A stretch of DNA of 64,000 nucleotides from a virus, in the IMG/VR virus record IMGVR_UViG_3300011008_000009, positions 1 to 64,000 of that record; one strand, 5' to 3'. Position numbers and translations under genes: made by a program. Shown here in pieces: positions 1-7,015 of the stretch. Positions within the stretch are counted from its first letter, which is position 1. Every line of letters begins with the position of its first letter. The notes below the pieces were generated by a model. That model ran no database searches, was not told the DNA's origin, and saw only the letters and a program-made list of their open reading frames with translations.

Positions 1-246
1 ACAAAATTTTCGCGCCGAAACTGTACATAATCACCACAAATGTAATCGTTATTATGTAATCGTTTACACCGGCGCCGAATTTTAATATACTAAAGCGCCG
101 AAGCGTTGGACCTGGATCTGCTTTATGCTTTAAACCATTAAAGTCCGACGTCGAACTTTCATACACTAAAGTGTTAAGGGGCCGATCCGGGAATTTATGC
201 ACCAAAACGTGAACAAAAAATTTTTTAAAAAATTTTTAAAAACCTA

Positions 247-275
247 TTGACAAATGACCCGAAATGTGCTATAAT
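247..275 (+). promoter_or_regulatory. sigma70/sigmaA-type promoter of paralog cassette A
   Basis: TTGACA 247-252, 17-nt spacer, TGcTATAAT (TATAAT 270-275). Phased A/T tracts at 215-246 upstream. AGGAGG at 292-297 precedes ATG 306. Confidence 0.8.
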
Positions 276-305
276 GTATATAGTAAAGGACAGGAGGACG
301 CGAAA

Positions 306-863
306 ATGAAAAAATGGAAATACGAAAACGAAATCAAGAACGCCACAGCAACACTCTTGAAAGCATATCTCGACACGATGCACAGCAAGACCATTGCAGT
401 AGTTTTCACAAATGAAAACGATGTTTACTACTATGACCTTACCGAAAATGATTTGACAGACCTTGCAAGAGTAAACAACGAAAAATTAATGACACAGTCA
501 CTCACGAAAAAAAGACTTGCAAAGTACCTTGAAAACGCTATCAAGTTCGCCACAATAAACGACATAGACGAAATCAAGAGAAACTTTCCGAGATACGCAA
601 ACAACAACGGATATATCGCGGAATTTGTTTACAGATACAAAAAGACAAATGAAACGATAGAAGAAATCAAAAAATCAAACAAATCAATCGCCTACGACCT
701 CGAAAGTGATACAAGAGATAACAAACAGATAAAAGAAATCACGAACGGCGCGACATTTACAACATTCGCCTACATATTGAAAGTAGCGAGAGAAAAGAAA
801 ATAGACTACTTAAACGAAATCGAAAACGCGGTAAATACACTCACAAAAATATACAGTGAGTAA
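306..863 (+). CDS. Hypothetical protein, left-end paralog A (185 aa)
   Basis: The track ORF 264-863 starts inside the -10 box. ATG 306 has a good SD. About 50% identical to the ORF at 2053-2601 (MKKWK..LL.AYL.TMHS, NNGYI.EF.YR, YD..SDT.DNKQIK, ATFTT). Own promoter and terminator. No family recognised. Confidence 0.8.
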   Translation: MKKWKYENEIKNATATLLKAYLDTMHSKTIAVVFTNENDVYYYDLTENDLTDLARVNNEKLMTQSLTKKRLAKYLENAIKFATINDIDEIKRNFPRYANNNGYIAEFVYRYKKTNETIEEIKKSNKSIAYDLESDTRDNKQIKEITNGATFTTFAYILKVAREKKIDYLNEIENAVNTLTKIYSE

Positions 864-867
864 AGGA

Positions 868-895
868 GTGTGGAACAGAAATGTTCCACATTTTC
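868..895 (+). terminator. Intrinsic terminator of cassette A
   Basis: Stem TGTGGAACA (869-877) / TGTTCCACA (882-890) followed by TTTT. Same hairpin sequence as the one after paralog B. Confidence 0.75.
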
Positions 896-1107
896 GCGCT
901 GATCTGTTTTGTGCTTTAATGTGTGAAAGTTCGACGTCGAATTATAACGCTTTAAACCACTAAAGCGCCGGACCTAGATCCGCCTCGACATTTTAAAGCA
1001 CTAAAGCGCCGGACATTGACATAGCGCACAGCCCGACTATTGCCGACCAGAGCGCTGTATTTTATTTAGTTTTGTTAATTACTCTTCATAGTTCGGGTCT
1101 GTGATAT

Positions 1108-1317
1108 TCAGCACAAACCGTCGTCAAATTCCAGTTTGCCATAGCCGTAGCTTAAATCAGCTTTCACAGCGTACTTTCTCAGCATATCCACGATGGTGCA
1201 TTCGTCTTCGGTGTAGTAGTTCATCGAGATAGTGTAGGTGTCCTCGCTCTCGTTGAGTTCGCCCGTGATGTCCGCGAGTTCGAGCATTCTTACGATAAGT
1301 CTTGCATTTGTAGTCAT
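1108..1317 (-). CDS. Small acidic hypothetical protein (69 aa)
   Basis: ORF with about 14 D/E versus 6 K/R. Driven by a near-consensus promoter at 1371-1399. The SD is weak. G+C and codon style are richer than the surrounding spacer. Confidence 0.55.
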   Translation of the reverse strand: MTTNARLIVRMLELADITGELNESEDTYTISMNYYTEDECTIVDMLRKYAVKADLSYGYGKLEFDDGLC

Positions 1318-1344
1318 ATTTTTGTACTCACTGATATATATTTT

Positions 1345-1363
1345 GTGAACTCTCTCTGTTCAC
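1345..1363 (-). promoter_or_regulatory. Inverted repeat in the 5' leader of the acidic ORF (operator or RNA hairpin)
   Basis: GTGAAC-TCTCTCT-GTTCAC lies between the -10 box and the start codon. Confidence 0.45.
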
Positions 1364-1370
1364 TGATAAC

Positions 1371-1399
1371 AGTATAACACATATCCAAACAGAAGTCAA
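1371..1399 (-). promoter_or_regulatory. sigma70/sigmaA-type promoter (leftward)
   Basis: On the minus strand: TTGACT (1399-1394), 17 nt, TATACT (1376-1371). Confidence 0.7.
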
Positions 1400-1582
1400 T
1401 AGATTTTGAAAAGTTTTTTTAATTCGTATAATATGCACAAATGCATAGATATATATGTGATTTTATTGTACATTATGCATATAAAAACGTTACAATTCGA
1501 TTGTTTTGATGTTTTGAAAATGTTTTAGATTGTTAAAAGTTTAACAGATTTGAGTTAGTCTATGCTAACTGAAACGATAAAA

Positions 1583-1910
1583 TGTAATCGATTACATATA
1601 TATTTGTCAAATATGCATAGTGATGTTTAGTAATAATGCACAATAAAACGTGTAATCGATTACATTATCAACGTGTAAACGATTACATTGTGAAATTTTT
1701 AACACTCACGATCTTGACTTGTTAAAATTTTAATGATCCTGCGCTTTAAATGATTAAAGCAAATAATTAGTTTGACAAACTAATTAAATCGTTAAACTTT
1801 TAACAAATGAATTTATTGATTAGTTTGTCAAACTAATTAAATTGTTAAAAGTTTAACAAATACGTCTGTAATTAGTTTGACAAACTAATCAAAACGTGTA
1901 AACGATTACA
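1583..1910. repeat. 14-bp palindrome family TGTAA(T/A)CGATTACA (operator-like)
   Basis: Perfect TGTAATCGATTACA at 1583-1596 and 1651-1664. TGTAAACGATTACA at 1674-1687 and 1897-1910, both inside the shared string AACGTGTAAACGATTACATTG. The inverted form TGTAATCGTTTACA is at 55-68 and a half-site at 41-48. Confidence 0.8.
1766..1889. repeat. Three 19-bp palindromes ATTAGTTTG(A/T)CAAACTAAT in about 52-53-bp tandem units
   Basis: Copies at 1766-1784, 1819-1837 and 1871-1889. The intervening sequence is also repeated: GTTAAACTTTTAAC at 1791-1804, and its inverse GTTAAAAGTTTAAC at 1844-1857 and 1532-1545. A degenerate copy is at 2723-2741. Confidence 0.85.
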
Positions 1911-1993
1911 TTGTTAAAGTTTTCACAAGCAGATCCATTTTGTACAATATGCACAAATTTTCTGAAAATATGCACAAATGTGAAAAAAACCTA

Positions 1994-2022
1994 TTGATTT
2001 TTCTCTTTTTTAGGTGTATAAT
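1994..2022 (+). promoter_or_regulatory. sigma70/sigmaA-type promoter of paralog cassette B
   Basis: TTGATT 1994-1999, 17 nt, TATAAT 2017-2022. Shares the AAAAACCTATTGA context with the promoter at 247. ATATGCACAAAT repeats lie just upstream (1946-1977). Confidence 0.75.
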
Positions 2023-2052
2023 AAAGAAAAACAAGGAAGGAAGTACCGAAAA

Positions 2053-2601
2053 ATGAAAAAATGGAAATTTGAAAAGGAAATAACCGAAAGCACAAAAACA
2101 CTCTTGACTGCATACCTTGCAACTATGCATAGTGTTGCTATCACTGCAATATTCACCTACAATGATAATGTTTATGCTTACGACTTAACCGAAAGCGATA
2201 CAAACGAATTGGCAACAGTGACCGCCGAAAAAATACAGATTAATTCATTAGGAAAAAAGAGAATTGAAAAAATTCTCAATAAGTCGGAAAAATTCGCAAC
2301 AGTTGAACAACTTGAAAAAATCCGTGAATACTTCCCTAAATACAACAACGGTTATATTTCAGAATTTGCATACAGAATAATTAAAAACGGCGAAAGCATA
2401 GAAAATATTAAACACTCAAACAATTCAAAAGGTTACGACATTTCAAGCGATACAAAAGACAACAAACAGATTAAAAACCTTGATAATAAAGCGACTTTCA
2501 CAACATACGATTATTTAATAAAAGCCTGCAACAGAAAAGGTTATAAAGATATTGAAAAGGTAATAAATGCAATAGCAACGCTAAAAGAAATATACAACTA
2601 A
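2053..2601 (+). CDS. Hypothetical protein, left-end paralog B (182 aa)
   Basis: Paralog of 306-863. The track ORF 2014 begins in the promoter. ATG 2053 gives the conserved MKKWK N-terminus. Confidence 0.8.
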   Translation: MKKWKFEKEITESTKTLLTAYLATMHSVAITAIFTYNDNVYAYDLTESDTNELATVTAEKIQINSLGKKRIEKILNKSEKFATVEQLEKIREYFPKYNNGYISEFAYRIIKNGESIENIKHSNNSKGYDISSDTKDNKQIKNLDNKATFTTYDYLIKACNRKGYKDIEKVINAIATLKEIYN

Positions 2602-2609
2602 ACGAAAAG

Positions 2610-2643
2610 GTGTGGAACAGAAAATGTTCCACACTTCTTTTTT
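2610..2643 (+). terminator. Intrinsic terminator of cassette B
   Basis: Stem GTGTGGAACA (2610-2619) / TGTTCCACAC (2625-2634) followed by TTCTTTTTT. Confidence 0.85.
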
Positions 2644-2984
2644 AAATTAATTAATTATAAATACTAACTAAATCAACACGCCAAAATATACTATTTGTAT
2701 ATTAAACTTTTTTGTTAAGTGTATTAGTTAGACAAACTAACTATCAAATCCGAGCTGACAAAATTTTAACAATCCTGGGACTAGCTGACTTGTTAAAACT
2801 TTCACAAACCGCGGCATCATAATAATTAATTAGGGGCGCTAAATTCGCAGGACTCAGGCCCAGGCTTAGCTAATACCTAGCGTGGGGGTAGGTTTTAGGA
2901 ATTTTTCACTTTAATGCGCTAAAGTGGGGCGGGCCTGCAACATACCACGACCGAAATTAAAATCCATCCTCTACCCTCCAATAT

Positions 2985-3013
2985 TTGACATTTTCCCAAT
3001 TTTATGCTATACT
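2985..3013 (+). promoter_or_regulatory. sigma70/sigmaA-type promoter ahead of the rightward gene block
   Basis: TTGACA 2985-2990, 17 nt, TGcTATACT (TATACT 3008-3013). Confidence 0.7.
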
Positions 3014-3052
3014 ATAATTAGATTAAAATTTTGGAGGTTAAATTATCTAACT

Positions 3053-4246
3053 ATGATCAAACTCGATTTCAGTCTACAATCTGAACAACAAAGATTAGAC
3101 TATATAAATCAATACGACCTCTCAAAACTTTCCCAATCTCAAATAGAACTCTGTGCAAATTACATACTTTATGGAAAAGATAAAACCGGTAAATCCGAAG
3201 TCGATAAAAAACACATTTATATAAATACGAAATATGATAGTTATAAAACCAAACGTCCAGAGTCACTAGATGCATTGATTGATACTGGAAGTTTTGACGA
3301 GGTAATAATACCTAAGTATGACCAGCACTATAAGACCGTTAAACCTACTATAGATAGGGTGAAGGACGCTGATATTCCCACGATGAAAGAAGTGTGGGAG
3401 GGAATAGATTACTTGCAACATATATTGGATGTGAATTTAGGGAAGGCGGAGCCGGACCCCGGTGAGAACGTTCCAAAATTAACTCCCACCGAATTATATA
3501 AGTGGCAACATATGGTGATAGACGTTAGGCGCAATCAGTACTACCTCAAAGATATATTCAAGCCAACTATAAATAAGTATTTCAATAAACTCAACTACAT
3601 CCCCTACCACGATGCCAACGAAGCCGACTGGAACGACCCTAATTCAGACTACGGATTCGCGCCCTTAGGTCTAATCAATGATTTTGGGGTGGGTAAGCTG
3701 GTATTTAGCGGCGCCACCAATTATGAGGTAAGAACGCCGTTGTATAATGAAAATGCGCGTCATATAGTGGACTTCCGCAATCCTAAACATGTATATAGTT
3801 TAATGGACTATTATGAAGAGTTAGCTACCGCCGCCCTAGATAACCCAACTAGCCTTATGGGGCTGATAGTGAGGACGTTAGACTATTATATTGATAGAGC
3901 GAATTTGAAGGATCAGCATTATACTATTATTGAAATGAAGAAGTTACATAAAAAGAATAAGGAGATTAATGAAAAATTAACCGAATTATATGGATTACAT
4001 CATACCGAAAATTACATTAGTACGATATGGACACATAAGGTGTGTACCGAAATTGCCGCAGCCGCACAATTACACTATGATGAGTTTTTAAGACGAAACG
4101 ATGAAAGTGCTTGGAAGGTTTGCTGTACGTGCGGGCGCCGTTTACTAAGAGACAGCAGAATGTTTGTGAAGAAGAATAAGGCGAAGGACGGATTGAGTGG
4201 TAGATGCAAGATGTGCGATAGAGTAGAGAGAATGCGCAGGAGATGA
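3053..4246 (+). CDS. Hypothetical protein with C-terminal zinc ribbon (397 aa)
   Basis: The track ORF 2924 runs through the promoter. The first ATG after it is 3053, but GGAGG lies 15 nt upstream, so the start is uncertain. C-terminus: CCTCG..F..K..DG....CKMC. No family recognised. Confidence 0.6.
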   Translation: MIKLDFSLQSEQQRLDYINQYDLSKLSQSQIELCANYILYGKDKTGKSEVDKKHIYINTKYDSYKTKRPESLDALIDTGSFDEVIIPKYDQHYKTVKPTIDRVKDADIPTMKEVWEGIDYLQHILDVNLGKAEPDPGENVPKLTPTELYKWQHMVIDVRRNQYYLKDIFKPTINKYFNKLNYIPYHDANEADWNDPNSDYGFAPLGLINDFGVGKLVFSGATNYEVRTPLYNENARHIVDFRNPKHVYSLMDYYEELATAALDNPTSLMGLIVRTLDYYIDRANLKDQHYTIIEMKKLHKKNKEINEKLTELYGLHHTENYISTIWTHKVCTEIAAAAQLHYDEFLRRNDESAWKVCCTCGRRLLRDSRMFVKKNKAKDGLSGRCKMCDRVERMRRR

Positions 4247-4253
4247 GTAGTGA

Positions 4254-5195
4254 ATGGCGAGTTATTTTAAGAAGTGTACTTCGTGTAATAGAGAGCAACC
4301 CATTACAAGTTTTAGTAAGGTAAGAAGTAAGTTCTTTAGTGATGGTATGCTGACGATATGCAATGATTGCTTAGATTTGATGGTAAAGGCGGGCAAACCA
4401 AACGAAGAATGGGATAGAGTGAATAAGATATGCCAATGGGCGGACGTACCATTCTTACCTGATGAATGGCAGAAGATACGTCAGGGCGCCGATAGCAATT
4501 GGTTCAGTAGGTACACTAAGATTTTTAGTGCTAAGGGATTTGAAGATATTAGTTGGCGCGATTACAACGAGTTGTATATGAAGTTGCATCAATCGGGAGA
4601 ATTGGTGGAGGAAGTACCGGGGTATAGTGAAGCTAAGTATGAGAACTTAGTGAAGAAGTGGGGTAGTTCATATGACCACGAAGAGTTGGATAGGCTGGAA
4701 GACTTATTTAATGAGACTATTGCGACCCAGAACGTTACTACTGGTAACCAAATAGACCAGGTGAAAAAGATTTGCAAGACTTCTTTGATGATAGACCAGA
4801 GAATTGAGGAAGGTAATCCATATAAGGATTTGATGGATAGCTATGAGAAGTTGATAAAAGTTGCAGACTTAACGCCGAAGAATACTAAAAACTCAAATGA
4901 CTTTGATAGCGTGGGCGAGGTTTACGCATACCTAGAAGGACGCGGTTGGGTGAATAAGTACTATGACGGCGCCCGTAGGGATGAAGTAGATGAAACGATG
5001 AAGAATATACAGAATTGGACTAGAAAGCTGTGTCTAGGAGAGTCTACTTTAACAGAAGAGATACTGCAGAAGATAAATAATTTAACTGGCTATAATGAGG
5101 GAGATGAAACAGATTATGACTCTTTTGATTATGACCAGTATGAGAAAGAAGCTATGGACCAAGCGCAAAACCAAGAGGTGGAAGTTGAAGTATAA
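4254..5195 (+). CDS. Hypothetical protein with N-terminal zinc ribbon; positional candidate for the small terminase subunit
   Basis: CTSC..F....F.DG....CNDC at the N-terminus and an acidic C-terminus. Stop overlaps the TerL start (TAATG). The TerS call rests on gene order only. Confidence 0.35.
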   Translation: MASYFKKCTSCNREQPITSFSKVRSKFFSDGMLTICNDCLDLMVKAGKPNEEWDRVNKICQWADVPFLPDEWQKIRQGADSNWFSRYTKIFSAKGFEDISWRDYNELYMKLHQSGELVEEVPGYSEAKYENLVKKWGSSYDHEELDRLEDLFNETIATQNVTTGNQIDQVKKICKTSLMIDQRIEEGNPYKDLMDSYEKLIKVADLTPKNTKNSNDFDSVGEVYAYLEGRGWVNKYYDGARRDEVDETMKNIQNWTRKLCLGESTLTEEILQKINNLTGYNEGDETDYDSFDYDQYEKEAMDQAQNQEVEVEV

Positions 5196-7003
5196 TGGAT
5201 GAAGAGAATGTTTTAACGCCCGAAAAGTTAAGAGAAAGACTTATGGCACTGAAAGCTAAGACAGAGACCAATACTCACAAAAGTACATCGTATAATAGAA
5301 TGGTCAAAGATGGAATAGTAGTACAGAAAGGTTCAACACTAAGTAAGCATAGAATAGATAGTCACTTAGCTTTATATCAAATATATTGTACTTTTTTCAG
5401 TGCCTACCCTGATTTATTTCTAGATTTAATTAAGCCAGAAAATAGTGGATTTCAGTTCTTTTTCTATCAGAGAATATTTTTAAGAGCCTGTTTAAGATAT
5501 AGGCTAGTTTACACCACGGCGCCGAGAGCTTTCAGTAAGTCTTTCATTTCGATATTAGCTATACTACTAATTTGTATTTTCAGACCTGGAATGAAGGAGT
5601 TCATTTGCGCGCCTGGTAAGGAACAGTCCGCAAAGATAGCGAAGGAGAAGTTGGTTGAAATCTTTGGTATCTGGCCGCTCCTAGAAAAGGAATTGGAAAA
5701 GCAAAATTACGGCAAAGATTATGTAGAGTTATTCTTTAAGAATGGCAGTAAGTTCGACGTTGTCGGCGCCCTAGACAGCCAACGTGGTGGACGTAGACAC
5801 GGCGGACTGGTAGATGAGATACGTGATCATGATGGTGATACTATAAATGAAGTAGTACTGCCGCTGATGAATGTATCTAGACGTACTACCAAAGGTATAT
5901 TAAATCCTTATGAGCCTCACCAATGTCAATTCTTTATGACTTCTGCTGGCTCTAAGGCATCATACGCATATGAGAAGCTGATAGAAGTATTACAGACGGA
6001 AGTAATCAATCCTAAACAGGCTTTTGTCTGGGGATGTGATTATAGAGTTCCTATGAAATGCGGATTACTGCCTAAGGACTACTTACAGGAAATTAAGAGT
6101 TCCAGTACCTATAAGGAAGAGACCTTTGCGAGAGAGTATTTGGGTCTTTGGACGGGCAGTAGCGAAGAGTCCTGGTTTGATTATGAGAAAATTAGTCGGC
6201 GCCGGACCCTACTCAATCCCGAAACGCACCAAAAAATTGTACGAGGTAGTAAGGCTTTTTACTTACTCTCAGTGGATGTGGGACGTTTGAGTTGTCAAAC
6301 AGTTTGTTGCGTCTTTAAGGTTATGAATAAGAAAGATGTACTGCACGCGAATCTAGTGAATTTATACGTTATAGGTAAGAATGAAAAGAATAGGCACTTT
6401 GAACAACAAGCATTGGAATTAAAGAAAATTATAGCGGCTTTCGACCCTAGAGAGATTGTTATAGATGGTAACGGTCTGGGCGTCGGATTGTTAGACTTTA
6501 TGATTCGTCCAACTATTGACGGAGAAACTGGTATAACTTATCCGCCTTACGGTAGCTGCAATAATGAAGATTATATTAAAATTCAACCTAAAGATTGTCA
6601 GAGAATAATTTATGTAATTAAGGCTAACAATACTTTAGACGGAAAAATCCACGGAAATTGTTACTCTCGATTAACTAGTGGTTTGGTACAATTTTTAGTT
6701 AATGAAAGAGTTGCGAAAAATAAATTAATGGAACAAAAATCATATAATAATTTATCTCTTGAAAAGAAAGTTAAACGACTAATGCCCCATGAGATGACCT
6801 CTGATTTGTTTGAAGAAATGAGCAATTTGCGCTTGAAGAGCAATGCTGGTCTAGACATCAAATTGGAGCAGATACGTACACATAAAACAAAGGATAAATT
6901 TAGTGCTTTTGAGTATGGTCTTTGGAGAATAAAAGAGTTAGAAGACCAAATAATTAAAAAGAATAGAAAAGGCAAAATACGTGATTTAGTTTTCATTGGA
7001 TAA
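5195..7003 (+). CDS. terL: Terminase large subunit
   Basis: 602 aa. Walker-A-like APRAFSKSF, Walker-B GGLVDE, MTSAGSK, FAREYLGLW, and C-terminal nuclease-like LSVDVG / VIDGNGLGVG. Sits immediately upstream of the portal. Confidence 0.8.
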   Translation: MDEENVLTPEKLRERLMALKAKTETNTHKSTSYNRMVKDGIVVQKGSTLSKHRIDSHLALYQIYCTFFSAYPDLFLDLIKPENSGFQFFFYQRIFLRACLRYRLVYTTAPRAFSKSFISILAILLICIFRPGMKEFICAPGKEQSAKIAKEKLVEIFGIWPLLEKELEKQNYGKDYVELFFKNGSKFDVVGALDSQRGGRRHGGLVDEIRDHDGDTINEVVLPLMNVSRRTTKGILNPYEPHQCQFFMTSAGSKASYAYEKLIEVLQTEVINPKQAFVWGCDYRVPMKCGLLPKDYLQEIKSSSTYKEETFAREYLGLWTGSSEESWFDYEKISRRRTLLNPETHQKIVRGSKAFYLLSVDVGRLSCQTVCCVFKVMNKKDVLHANLVNLYVIGKNEKNRHFEQQALELKKIIAAFDPREIVIDGNGLGVGLLDFMIRPTIDGETGITYPPYGSCNNEDYIKIQPKDCQRIIYVIKANNTLDGKIHGNCYSRLTSGLVQFLVNERVAKNKLMEQKSYNNLSLEKKVKRLMPHEMTSDLFEEMSNLRLKSNAGLDIKLEQIRTHKTKDKFSAFEYGLWRIKELEDQIIKKNRKGKIRDLVFIG

Positions 7004-7015
7004 GGAGTTGATATA

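Larger units (their letters stand above)
90..1011. repeat. Dispersed short repeats flanking paralog cassette A
   Basis: CTAAAGCGCCG at 90, 960 and 1001. CGACGTCGAA at 146 and 932. 17-mer GCTTTAAACCA(T/C)TAAAG at 127-143 and 949-965. GACCT(G/A)GATC(T/C)GC at about 110 and 971. Related CTTTAA..TTAAAG units recur at 1743-1760 and 2918-2936. Confidence 0.7.

Noticed and set aside
264-305. N-terminal extensions of track ORFs (264-305, 2014-2052, 2924-3052, 37690-37854, 37035-37046, 43343-43357, 61926-61937)
   Set aside because: They run through promoter boxes, lack an SD, or begin at GTG. Downstream ATGs with good SD sequences give conserved N-termini.
1406-1432. Possible rightward promoter TTGAAA ... 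TATAAT divergent from the 1399 promoter
   Set aside because: The spacer is only 15 nt, there is no TG extension and no ORF follows. In A/T-rich spacer such matches arise by chance.
1766-1889. Regularly spaced repeats that superficially resemble a small CRISPR array
   Set aside because: There are only three units. The repeats are perfect palindromes. The spacers are themselves conserved copies of one another. There is no leader or cas gene. This fits protein-binding iterons, not CRISPR.
2830-2960. A locally G+C-rich non-coding patch that might be a tRNA or small structured RNA
   Set aside because: No acceptor/D/T-arm pattern and no GGTTCGAAT-like T-loop on either strand. Only short imperfect hairpins are present. 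It shares CTTTAA..TAAAG repeat units with the other end-region blocks, so I treat it as repeat DNA.
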